Part shown: positions 26,877-35,786 of the stretch, in pieces
Layout: each line of letters begins with the position of its first letter
Numbering within the stretch: the first letter of the stretch is position 1
From: Elusimicrobiota bacterium
GTDB lineage: Bacteria > Elusimicrobiota > Elusimicrobia > UBA1565 > UBA9628
DNA length: 64,000 nucleotides
Reading direction: 5' to 3'
Assembly: GCA_044450965.1 (NCBI GenBank)
Contig: JBIOJO010000011.1
Span: forward strand, 13,091 to 77,090
Made by a program: the position numbers and the translations under genes
Notes under the pieces: model-generated
What the model was told of the DNA's origin: nothing
The model's input: only the letters and a program-made list of their open reading frames with translations
The model's database searches: none

Positions 26877-28034
26877 ATGAGGCCGTCCCGAGTTCTCACG
26901 GTCGCCGCCGCGCTCCTCCTGGCTCCGGCCTTCGCGCGCGCCTTCACGCCCGAAGATCAGAAGGTCATCGACCGGGGTCTGGACTCTCTCTACCGCAGCG
27001 ATTACGACGGCGCCGAGAAGGCCTTCTCGGACGCGCTCGCGGCGCGGCCGGGCGATCCGCCGATGTCGCTGGGCTTCGCGGTGGCGGCGTGGTGGCGCAT
27101 GGAGAACGACTTCGCTCCTCCCGGCGGTCCGGAGGAGGCGCGCTTCCTCGCCGCGGTCAAGACCGCAATCGACGACGCCCAGCGCGCGGTGTCCGCGAAG
27201 GGCGACGCCGAGTCCTCGCTGTGCCTCGGCGCGGCCTACGGCCTGCGAGGACGGCTGGAGGCGGCCCGGAAACAATGGTTCAAGGCCTACCGCGACGGCC
27301 GCCGGGCCTATCGCAACGCGCAGCGCGCCGTCCGCCTGGATCCCGGCCTGGACGACGCCTATCTGGGCCTGGGGGCGTTCGACTATTATTCCGCCACGCT
27401 GTCCCGCTTCGTGCGCTTCTTCGTCTTCACCCGGCCGGACAAGGCCAAGGGGCTGGCCGAGCTGGAGAGGGCCAAGCGCGGTCATTTCAGCGGCACGGCC
27501 GCCCAGCTGCTACTGGTGGGCATCGACTGGACCTTCGAGAAGAAGCCGAGCGAGGCCTGGGCCGCCCTCGAGGAACTGCGCGGCCGCTACCCCGACAGTC
27601 CGCTGATCGAATCGATGCGCCTCATCGGATTGTTCCACCTGCGCGACGCCGCGGGGCTGGAGCGCGAGGCGCGGAGCTTCCTGGCGAAAGCGGACGGAGG
27701 CGCGCCCTTCTACCGCCCGCTCGACAAGGCCGCCGGCCATTACTTCCTGGGCCTGGGCGAGCAATTGGCCGGGCGCTGCGAGGAGGCGATCGCGCAGAAC
27801 CGCGCCGCCTTGGAGCTGATTCCGGCGGGTCACCGCACGCGCGGACTGCCGTGGCTGTTCATCGGGGAATGCCAGGACGTCCTGGGGCGGCGGGGCGAGG
27901 CCGTGGACTCCTACCGGCAGGCGCTGGCCAATCCGCCGTTCTGGGGCGTGCCGCGCTACGCGAAGTACCTTCTGAAGCGTCCCTTCCGCGCCGGGGACAA
28001 CCCCCTGCCCGGCCGCAACGACGAATTGGAATAG
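26877..28034 (+). CDS. Secreted TPR-like repeat protein, function unknown
   Basis: Signal peptide MRPSRVLTVAAALLLAPAFARA; helical repeat composition. Confidence 0.6.
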   Translation: MRPSRVLTVAAALLLAPAFARAFTPEDQKVIDRGLDSLYRSDYDGAEKAFSDALAARPGDPPMSLGFAVAAWWRMENDFAPPGGPEEARFLAAVKTAIDDAQRAVSAKGDAESSLCLGAAYGLRGRLEAARKQWFKAYRDGRRAYRNAQRAVRLDPGLDDAYLGLGAFDYYSATLSRFVRFFVFTRPDKAKGLAELERAKRGHFSGTAAQLLLVGIDWTFEKKPSEAWAALEELRGRYPDSPLIESMRLIGLFHLRDAAGLEREARSFLAKADGGAPFYRPLDKAAGHYFLGLGEQLAGRCEEAIAQNRAALELIPAGHRTRGLPWLFIGECQDVLGRRGEAVDSYRQALANPPFWGVPRYAKYLLKRPFRAGDNPLPGRNDELE

Positions 28035-28044
28035 GAGGCTCGTC

Positions 28045-30186
28045 ATGAAGAAATTGATCGCGGTCTTGATGCTGGCGGCCGGCGCGCCGTTCTCCTCCGC
28101 GCGGGCGGCGCTGCCGGCCTCCAATCCTTTCGCGGCGCCCAGCGCGCTTTCCGACCAATTCCCGCCGTTCGACAAGATCAAGGACGCGGACTTCGCGCCC
28201 GCGTTCGAGGCCGGCATGGCCGAGCAGCGCCGCGAGGTGGACGCGATCGCGCGCGACGCGGCGGCGCCGTCGTTCGACAACACGATCGTCGCGCTGGAGC
28301 GCTCCGGGCGCCTGCTGTCGCGGACGTCGAAGACCTTCTTCAACCTCAACGCGTCCAACACCGACGACGCGATGCAGGCCCTCGAGCGCGAGCTGGCGCC
28401 GAAGCTGGCGGCGCATCAGGACGCGATCAGCCTGGACGGCGCGCTGTTCGCGCGGATCTCCGCGCTGCACGACAAGAGGGAGTCCCTGGGTCTGGACGCC
28501 GAATCGGCGCAGCTGCTCGAGCGCTACTACAAGCAGTTCGTGCGCGCGGGCGCGCGCCTGTCCGAGGCCGACAAATCCGCGCTGAAGGCGATCAACCAGG
28601 AACTGTCGTCCCTGACCACGCAATTCGAGCAGAACCTGCTGAAGAACGCGAAGAGCGGCGCCGTGGTGGTGGACGACGCCGCGGCGCTGGACGGCCTGAC
28701 CGAGCAGCAGATCGGCGCGGCCGCCGAGGCGGCGAAGGCGCGCGGGTTGGCGGGCCGGTGGGTCATCGGCCTGCAGAACACGACGATCCAGCCGCCGTTG
28801 GAGCAGATGAAGAACCGCGCCCTGCGCGAGCGGATGTACCGCGCCTCGATCGCGCGCGGAATCGGCGGCGAGGCCGACAACACCGCCCTGGTCTCCAAGA
28901 TCGTCGCCCTGCGCGCGCGGCAGGCGGCCCTGCTCGGCTACTCGAGTTACGCCGCCTATTCGCTGGAGGACGAGTCGGCCGGGACTCCGGACGCGGTCAA
29001 CGAGATGCTCTCCCGTTTGGGCAAAGCCGCCCTGCTCAAGGCCAAGGCCGAGGCCGCCGAAATCCAGACGGTCATCGACTCGGAGGCGAAGGCCCGTCAC
29101 GAGAAGCCCTTCAAGCTTCAGCCGTGGGATTGGGCGTACTACGCCTCGCGCGTTCGCAGGGCGCGCTACGACTTCGACGAGGCGCAGGTGAAGCCTTACT
29201 TCGAGCTGAACCGCGTGCTCAACGACGGCGTCTTCTACGCCGCGCACGAGCTGTACGGCATCACCGTGAAGGAGCGCAAGGACCTGCCGGCGTACCGGCC
29301 CGACGTGCGCGTGTTCGAGGTCTTCGAGGCCGACGGATCGTCCATCGGCCTGTTGATCCGCGACGACTTCAAGCGCGACAACAAGAACGGCGGGGCCTGG
29401 ATGGATTCGTTCGTGGACCAGACCGGACTGTTCGATACCAAGCCTGTGATCATCAACAACCTGAACATCCCGAAGCCGGCCGAGGGCCAACCGGTGCTGC
29501 TGACCTTCGACGAGGTCACCACCATGTTCCACGAGTTCGGCCACGCCCTGCACGGCCTGCTCTCTCATGTGAAGTACCCGCTGCTGGCCGGCACCGCGGT
29601 CCCGCCCGACTTCGTGGAGTACCCGTCCCAGTTCAACGAGATGTGGGCGCGCGAGCCCGAAATCCTGGCGCACTTCGCCAAGGACTACCGCACCGGCGAG
29701 CCGATGCCCAAGGCCCTGCTGGACAAGGTGCTCGTCGCGCAGGACTACGGCGAGGGCTACGCCACCAGCGAGTACCTGGCCGCCGCGATGCTGGACCAGT
29801 CGTGGCATCAGATTTCCGCGTCCGGCGCGCCGGCGCCTTCCGGCGTGATGGCGTTCGAGGAGGCGGCCCTGCGCCGGAACGGCATGACCTACGGGCCGGT
29901 GCCGCCGCGCTACCACACGCCGTACTTCGCGCACTCCTTCAGCGGCGGCTACGCGGCCGCCTACTACGCCTACATCTGGAGCGAGGTTCTGGCGCGCGAC
30001 ACCGGCGCCTGGTTCCACTCGCACGGCGGGATCAGCCGCGCCAACGGGGACTTCTTCCGCGCCAAGATCCTCTCCCGCGGCAGAACCGTGGAGCCGGGCG
30101 TCCTGTTTGAGCGGTTCTACGGCCGCAAGCCCGACGTGGAGCCGCTGCTCGAGTACCGCGGCCTGGCGGCGCCGGCCAAGCGCTGA
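28045..30186 (+). CDS. dcp: Peptidyl-dipeptidase Dcp (M3 family zinc metallopeptidase), secreted
   Basis: HEFGH zinc motif; 713 aa; M3A-family-like sequence; signal peptide. Confidence 0.85.
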   Translation: MKKLIAVLMLAAGAPFSSARAALPASNPFAAPSALSDQFPPFDKIKDADFAPAFEAGMAEQRREVDAIARDAAAPSFDNTIVALERSGRLLSRTSKTFFNLNASNTDDAMQALERELAPKLAAHQDAISLDGALFARISALHDKRESLGLDAESAQLLERYYKQFVRAGARLSEADKSALKAINQELSSLTTQFEQNLLKNAKSGAVVVDDAAALDGLTEQQIGAAAEAAKARGLAGRWVIGLQNTTIQPPLEQMKNRALRERMYRASIARGIGGEADNTALVSKIVALRARQAALLGYSSYAAYSLEDESAGTPDAVNEMLSRLGKAALLKAKAEAAEIQTVIDSEAKARHEKPFKLQPWDWAYYASRVRRARYDFDEAQVKPYFELNRVLNDGVFYAAHELYGITVKERKDLPAYRPDVRVFEVFEADGSSIGLLIRDDFKRDNKNGGAWMDSFVDQTGLFDTKPVIINNLNIPKPAEGQPVLLTFDEVTTMFHEFGHALHGLLSHVKYPLLAGTAVPPDFVEYPSQFNEMWAREPEILAHFAKDYRTGEPMPKALLDKVLVAQDYGEGYATSEYLAAAMLDQSWHQISASGAPAPSGVMAFEEAALRRNGMTYGPVPPRYHTPYFAHSFSGGYAAAYYAYIWSEVLARDTGAWFHSHGGISRANGDFFRAKILSRGRTVEPGVLFERFYGRKPDVEPLLEYRGLAAPAKR

Positions 30187-30187
30187 C

Positions 30188-31585
30188 CTATTTCAGGCGC
30201 AGCGACGCCTTGTCGCCGAGGTTCGCGGGAACGAGCTGGGGAGTCTGGTCTCGGTTCTCCCGCCGGGCCGCGTCCTGCACTTTCGGCCGAAGGTCGGCGT
30301 AGAGCTCCTTGATCGTCGCGTCGCCGCCGCGGGCGTTGAGGGCCTTGAGGAAATTGTAGGTGAAGAGCCCGTGCCCCTGGGCCTCGTCCGCTCCGGTGAT
30401 CTCGTCGGCGGCCGACGCGGTGAGGACCACGAGTTTCCCGGCCGCCTCGGCCGAGGTGTCGACCCTCGTGATCAGCGGGCGGGTGCCCTGGGCTATGACG
30501 GAGCGGCCGCCCGCGCCCGAAAAACAGGAGTCGAGGGCCACGATGACACGCGGGGCCTTCAAGGCGTTGAGCTTCTCGTAGAGACGCTTGATGGGGTACG
30601 CCGTGAATTCCAGGGACGAGGCGTCCGCGTCCCAGGGCAGCAGGTAGGCCTCTCCCGTCTTGACGTCGGGCGCTCCGTGGCCGGAGTAGTAGAAGAAGAC
30701 GGTGGATTTCTCGTTGACGTTGCGCGGCAGCCAGGACTCGAGATTCTTGGCCAAGCCGGCGCGGCTGGCCTGCTGGCCGGTCAGGTAGAGGATGTTCCTT
30801 TCCGGGTAGCCCAGCGCGAGCAGGTGCTTCTTCACGGCGGCCGCGTCGCGCTCGGCGAACTGCGCTTCGGGAAGGCCCGAGTACTTCTCGATTCCGACGA
30901 TCAGGGCGAAATCGTTCGGGCGCTCCTCGCCGCTGTAGTTCGGGTTGTCGACGTCGGAATGGATCGTCTTGGGCGCCGGCGGCGCCGGCGCGGGGACTCG
31001 AGCGGTTTCGGCTGGGCCGGTCTTTGACTTGGCGAACTCGGCGAGCTTCGGCGACGAGAGGATTTCCTTAAATAGCTGCGCGCCGGCCTTCCGGGCGGCG
31101 TCCCGCATGTAAGGTTCGGGAGTGAAGCTGACGTAGGCGAGTTGCGACTGATCTCCGGAGCCGCCGACCTCGTCGATCCGCTCACCCGATGGCGTCAGCA
31201 GGATCGCCCGGGCGTCGACGTGCATCGTCATCCCCTTAGTCGTGTAGACGTCGATCACGGCCACCACGTCGGCGCGGGAGGACGCGGAGTCCTGCAGGCT
31301 GGAGATCTTCACCACCGTGCCGAACGCCTTGGCGAACACGCCGCCGATCTCCTCGAAGATCGGGCCGGCGTCGACCTTCGGCGCCATGAACTGCTTCGTC
31401 TGCAGATAGGCAGCGACGTTCCGGCTGTTCTTGGACGGGAGGAGCGCGACCGTCAGGTTCGGGTAGGACGCGCCGGCGGCTTCGGCGATTCCGGCGAAGG
31501 GGTCCTCGCGTACCGGGGGCGCATTGCAGCCGGTCAAGAGCGAGAGGAGGCCCGCGGACAAGGGCAGGAGGAGAATTTTTGTCAT
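30188..31585 (-). CDS. Lipoprotein with C-terminal caspase-like (peptidase C14) domain, paralog A
   Basis: Lipobox LLTGC; catalytic dyad motifs YYSGHG and DSCFSG in the C-terminal ~230 aa; ~200-aa N-domain of unknown function. Confidence 0.8.
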   Translation of the reverse strand: MTKILLLPLSAGLLSLLTGCNAPPVREDPFAGIAEAAGASYPNLTVALLPSKNSRNVAAYLQTKQFMAPKVDAGPIFEEIGGVFAKAFGTVVKISSLQDSASSRADVVAVIDVYTTKGMTMHVDARAILLTPSGERIDEVGGSGDQSQLAYVSFTPEPYMRDAARKAGAQLFKEILSSPKLAEFAKSKTGPAETARVPAPAPPAPKTIHSDVDNPNYSGEERPNDFALIVGIEKYSGLPEAQFAERDAAAVKKHLLALGYPERNILYLTGQQASRAGLAKNLESWLPRNVNEKSTVFFYYSGHGAPDVKTGEAYLLPWDADASSLEFTAYPIKRLYEKLNALKAPRVIVALDSCFSGAGGRSVIAQGTRPLITRVDTSAEAAGKLVVLTASAADEITGADEAQGHGLFTYNFLKALNARGGDATIKELYADLRPKVQDAARRENRDQTPQLVPANLGDKASLRLK

Positions 31586-31661
31586 CCCGTTATTTTATAA
31601 AAAGAAACGCGCTGCGGAGAGGCTTGAAAACCGGCGGCCGGAACATTGCGTAGGCGATGGC

Positions 31662-32993
31662 GTGGGGCATTCATCGCGGATCGCCTTCTTTTCTCGCGCA
31701 AGCTCGGGGCTGCTCTTGGGACTGGCGCTCCTTCCGGCGTGCTCCTCCATTCCCGTCGCTCCTGCCTTGGAGCCGTTGCCGCCCGCGATGTCGACCGTCC
31801 GGCTGTGGGTGAATTCGGTGGATTCGGAGAACGACGTGCAGAAGGTCACCGAAGGGGGGTCCATCGACGCGGAGCTCCTTCCGGCGGTGGCCTCCGCCCT
31901 GAAATCGGCGGGTTTCCGTCTGGTCTTCGATCCGGCGTCCGCGGACGCGGCCGTCGGTCTCACCGCGACGTCCGGGCCGACGAACAGCTCTCCATATCAT
32001 ACGACCCTGATCTTGACCACGCCGCAAGGAGCGCCGGTCGATCATGTCTTTTATAAAGGAGGCGCCATCGGAGTCCCCTGGAGCGGCGCTCCCGAATACG
32101 TGGCGCGGCTGAACAAGCAGATCGCGAGCGGCATCGCACTCAACCTGGTGGACGAGCTGATGAAGTCGACGACGTTCCAGGCCTTCGCCGAGGAGCGCGG
32201 CCAGGGCCGCCCCGGGAGCGTTTCGTCCGACGCGGACAGGCCTCCGTACCGGCGGAGCGAGGTTCCGGGGGCGTTCGCCGTCGTCGTGGGGGTCGAGAAA
32301 TACTCCCACGATCTGCCCGCGGCGCGCTTCGCCGAGCGCGACGCCCAGGCCGTGAAGAACCACCTGATCGCGCTGGGCTACCCGGAGCGCAACATCAAGC
32401 TGCTGACCGGAAGCCGCGCGGTGCGCTCGGCGCTGGCGGCGTACCTGGAAGACTGGCTTCCGCGGAACGTCAAAGAGGACGGCAAGGTCCTCTTCTATTT
32501 CGCGGGGCACGGCGCGCCGGACCCCGGAACGGGACGGGCTTATCTGATGCCCTGGGACGGAGACCCCAATTATTTGGACAAGACCGCGTATCCTGTCGGG
32601 AAGCTCTACGCGCAGTTGAATGCGTTGAAGGCCGATAAGATTCTCGTCGTGCTGGATTCCGGCTTCTCCGGCGCGGGCGGGCGTTCGGTCCTGGCCAAGG
32701 GCGCCCGCCCCCTGGTGTCCCAAACGGACGGCGCGGCCACCCCCGGCGGAAAGCTGGTCCTGTTGGAGGCGGCTTCGTCGAACGAAGGCGCGAGCGCGCT
32801 GGAAGATCAAGGCCACGGACTATTCACTTATTACTTCCTGAAAGGTCTGGGCGCGGAGGCCAAGGACGGGTCCGGAACGATCACGCCTCGCGGCCTCTAC
32901 GACTTCCTCAAGCCCAAGGTCCAGGACGCCGCCGGGCGCCAGAACCGGGCGCAGACCCCCGTTCTGTCGGGGCCCGCGAACGGAGCGCTATGA
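31662..32993 (+). CDS. Lipoprotein with caspase-like C14 domain carrying a Cys-to-Gly substitution in the catalytic motif (DSGFSG), paralog B, likely pseudo-protease
   Basis: GTG start at 31662 gives the lipoprotein signal ...LLLGLALLPAC; the in-frame ATG at 31524 would overlap paralog A. His motif FAGHG is retained; the Cys motif reads gat tcc ggc ttc tcc ggc. Confidence 0.7.
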   Translation: MGHSSRIAFFSRASSGLLLGLALLPACSSIPVAPALEPLPPAMSTVRLWVNSVDSENDVQKVTEGGSIDAELLPAVASALKSAGFRLVFDPASADAAVGLTATSGPTNSSPYHTTLILTTPQGAPVDHVFYKGGAIGVPWSGAPEYVARLNKQIASGIALNLVDELMKSTTFQAFAEERGQGRPGSVSSDADRPPYRRSEVPGAFAVVVGVEKYSHDLPAARFAERDAQAVKNHLIALGYPERNIKLLTGSRAVRSALAAYLEDWLPRNVKEDGKVLFYFAGHGAPDPGTGRAYLMPWDGDPNYLDKTAYPVGKLYAQLNALKADKILVVLDSGFSGAGGRSVLAKGARPLVSQTDGAATPGGKLVLLEAASSNEGASALEDQGHGLFTYYFLKGLGAEAKDGSGTITPRGLYDFLKPKVQDAAGRQNRAQTPVLSGPANGAL

Positions 32994-34315
32994 AACATCT
33001 CGCCGCGGCGTGTTTGGGCATGGCGTTGATTCTGGCCGGCTGCGCCTCCATCCCGGAAGCGCCGACGTTCGATCCGCTGCCGCCGGGCGCGGCGAACCTG
33101 CGGCTGCGCGTCGGCGCGGCCGAGGGCGGGAACAACGCCGGAAAGGCCGGCGGCGGCGGGACGACGATCGAGCAGGAGCTTCTGGCGGCTCTGGGTTCCG
33201 CGTTGAAGGAGGCGGGATTCCAGCTGGTGTACGACGCCCGGACGGCCGACGCCAGCGTGAACGTCGCCGTCGGGTTCCACGGGACTTCGTTCGCCCCGTA
33301 CCGCACGACGTTGATCCTGCGCGGGCCGCGAGGCACGCAGATCGATCAGGTCCAATTCGTGGGCGGGCAGGGGAGCGACTACTCGGCGCTCGCGCGCGGC
33401 ATCGCGTCCAACCTGGTGGACAAGCTTCTGAAGTCTCCCATCTTCATCGCCTACGCGCAGGAGCCCCGTTCCGCCGCGGCCGCGGGAGAGACGGCCGGAG
33501 CGTCGCCCGTTCCGGAGCCCATCAAAAACTTCAGCTCCGACGTGGACGAGCCGCGCTACCGGCTCGCCGAGGACGCGGGGGCCTTCGCCGTCGTCGTCGG
33601 GGTCGAAAAATATTCCAACGACCTTCCGGCGGCGTCGTTCGCGGAGCGCGACGCGCAGGCCGTGAAGAACCATCTGGTCGCGCTGGGCTACCCGGAGCGC
33701 AACATCAAGTTCCTGACCGGAAGCCGGGCGGTCCGTTCGGCGCTGGCGGCGTACCTGGAAGACTGGCTCCCGCGCAACGTCAAAGAGGACGGTAAGGTCT
33801 TTTTTTATTTTTCCGGACATGGCGCGCCGGATCCCGGATCGGGGCAGGCGTATCTGGTGCCTTGGGACGGAGACCCGAATTTCCTGGACAAGACCGCGTA
33901 TCCGTTGAAGAAGCTCTACGCCGATCTGAACGCCTTGAAAGCCAAAAAAATTCTCGTCGCGCTCGATTCCTGCTTCTCCGGCTCGGGCGGCCGCTCGGTC
34001 CTGGCCAAGGGAGCGCGCCCGCTGGTGAGCCGGGTGGATACTTCTGTCGCGCCCGGCGGCAATATGGTCCTCTTCGCGGCCGCGTCGTCGCGGGAAATCA
34101 CGAGCGCCCTGGAAGAACAGGGCCACGGGATCTTCACCTACTACTTCCTAAAAGGCCTGGGCGGGGACGCGAAGGATCGATCCGGCGCGATCACCGCTCA
34201 GGGGCTTTTCGACTATCTCAAGCCCAAGGTCCAGGACGCCGCCAGCCGGCAGAACCGTGACCAGACGCCCGTCCTTGAGGGCGCCGCGGAAAGAGAGATC
34301 ATCCGCCTTAGGTGA
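32990..34315 (+). CDS. Lipoprotein with caspase-like C14 domain, paralog C
   Basis: Lipobox LILAGC; FSGHG and DSCFSG intact; ATGA overlap with paralog B. Confidence 0.8.
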   Translation: MKHLAAACLGMALILAGCASIPEAPTFDPLPPGAANLRLRVGAAEGGNNAGKAGGGGTTIEQELLAALGSALKEAGFQLVYDARTADASVNVAVGFHGTSFAPYRTTLILRGPRGTQIDQVQFVGGQGSDYSALARGIASNLVDKLLKSPIFIAYAQEPRSAAAAGETAGASPVPEPIKNFSSDVDEPRYRLAEDAGAFAVVVGVEKYSNDLPAASFAERDAQAVKNHLVALGYPERNIKFLTGSRAVRSALAAYLEDWLPRNVKEDGKVFFYFSGHGAPDPGSGQAYLVPWDGDPNFLDKTAYPLKKLYADLNALKAKKILVALDSCFSGSGGRSVLAKGARPLVSRVDTSVAPGGNMVLFAAASSREITSALEEQGHGIFTYYFLKGLGGDAKDRSGAITAQGLFDYLKPKVQDAASRQNRDQTPVLEGAAEREIIRLR

Positions 34316-34325
34316 TCATCCTCCT

Positions 34326-35786
34326 ATGAAGATTATCATGATCGTCGTGATTCTGACGGCCGGCTGCGCGACGGGCTCCCGTCCCCCGGCGCCCCAATCG
34401 TTTCCCGCCGCCGCCGGCGCGCCTCTGCCGCTGAGGGTCGGCGTATCGGGCGAGGAGCAGGAACTTCCCATTCTGGACGAGGGTTTCGTCAAAAGCGAAC
34501 CCGGCGAACTCGACCGCTTTTCCCAGATTCTACGCGAGGCGAAAATATTCAAGGAGGTGCGGTATCCGCTGAGCCAGGCCAATCGGTCGGGCGTCGACCT
34601 AGTCCTCTATCCGCGCCTGTCCGCACGCTACGTCGATGACGCCCTCTATATTCCGAAGGCGGCGGTGGTCGCTTTCACTCTGACTCTGACGGCGCCGTTG
34701 TTCCCGGCGCGCGAGGAATTTTCGGCGAAGGCCCGGCTGACCGTCAAGGACGGAGCCGGCGAGGAGCTGAGACAATACAGCGAGTCGCAGGAGGTTCTGA
34801 CCGCTTGGAACTTGGTCTGGGACAGCTGGAATCCGGGGGCGCGTTCCGCCTACGACAACGTCACCTCGCGACTGCTCCAGGACCTGATCAACGACAGGCC
34901 CCTGTTCGAAAGAACGGCGGACCGACTGCTCGCCGCGGAAAGGACCGAGGACGCGAAGAACGGGGGGCAGGCGCGGACGAGCCCGCCGCGTTCGGCCGCG
35001 TCGTATTCCTCCGATGTGGACGTTCCGACCCTGCGCTCGCCCGAGCGTCCGGACGACTTCGCGCTGGTCGTCGGCATCGAGAAGTATTCCAACGACCTTC
35101 CGGACGCCCAATTCGCCGAACGCGACGCCGAGGCGGTGCGAAGCCACCTTCTCGCTCTTGGAGTTCCCGAGCGGAACATGAAGTTCCTGACCGGAGCACG
35201 GGCCACCAAGGGAAACCTGGAGGCGTATCTCGAGGATTGGCTTCCCCGCAACGCGAAGGAAGACGGACGCGTGTTCTTCTATTTCTCGGGTCACGGAGCG
35301 CCCGAGGCGGATTCGGGGCGGGCCTATCTGGTTCCCTCGGACGGCGACCCGAAGTTCCTCGATAAGACCTCTTTCCCGCTCAAGAAGCTTTACGCCGATC
35401 TCAACGCGCTGAAATCAAAACGGGTCATCGTCGCCTTGGACTCCTGCTTTTCGGGCTCGGGCGGCCGCTCGGTCCTGGCCAAGGGCGCGCGTCCGCTGGT
35501 GAACCGGGTGGATACTTCGGTCGCGTCCGGCGGCAAGCTGATCCTCTTCAGCGCGGCCTCGGCCGACGAGACGAGCGGCACGCTGGAGGAGCAGGGCCAC
35601 GGCGCGTTCACTTACTACTTCCTAAAAGGGATCGACGGCGGAGCGAAGGACCAATCAGGAAGTATCACTCTGCGCGGGATTTTCGACTATCTCAAGCCCA
35701 AGGTCCAGGACGCCGCCAGCCGGCAGAACCGCGACCAGACGCCCGTCCTTGAGGGCGCCTCCGCGGGCGAGGTCCTCCGGCGTTAG
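34326..35786 (+). CDS. Lipoprotein with caspase-like C14 domain, paralog D
   Basis: Start trimmed to MKIIMIVVILTAGC (lipobox); FSGHG and DSCFSG intact. The 3' 100 nt are ~95% identical to paralog C. Confidence 0.8.
   Translation: MKIIMIVVILTAGCATGSRPPAPQSFPAAAGAPLPLRVGVSGEEQELPILDEGFVKSEPGELDRFSQILREAKIFKEVRYPLSQANRSGVDLVLYPRLSARYVDDALYIPKAAVVAFTLTLTAPLFPAREEFSAKARLTVKDGAGEELRQYSESQEVLTAWNLVWDSWNPGARSAYDNVTSRLLQDLINDRPLFERTADRLLAAERTEDAKNGGQARTSPPRSAASYSSDVDVPTLRSPERPDDFALVVGIEKYSNDLPDAQFAERDAEAVRSHLLALGVPERNMKFLTGARATKGNLEAYLEDWLPRNAKEDGRVFFYFSGHGAPEADSGRAYLVPSDGDPKFLDKTSFPLKKLYADLNALKSKRVIVALDSCFSGSGGRSVLAKGARPLVNRVDTSVASGGKLILFSAASADETSGTLEEQGHGAFTYYFLKGIDGGAKDQSGSITLRGIFDYLKPKVQDAASRQNRDQTPVLEGASAGEVLRR

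Larger units (their letters stand above)
31662..35786 (+). repeat. Tandem array of three paralogous caspase-like lipoprotein genes (plus a divergent fourth copy at 30188-31585)
   Basis: DNA-level similarity in the C14 domains, e.g. the caagcccaaggtccaggacgccgcc...cagaaccg segment recurs in all three. Confidence 0.7.

Noticed and set aside
27859-30110. Two long ORFs (721 aa minus strand, 450 aa plus strand)
   Set aside because: Alternative frames over the TPR and dcp genes; composition-driven.
31524-31661. In-frame ATG start for caspase paralog B
   Set aside because: It would overlap paralog A on the opposite strand by 60 nt and add a non-signal N-terminus. The GTG at 31662 yields a canonical lipoprotein signal peptide.
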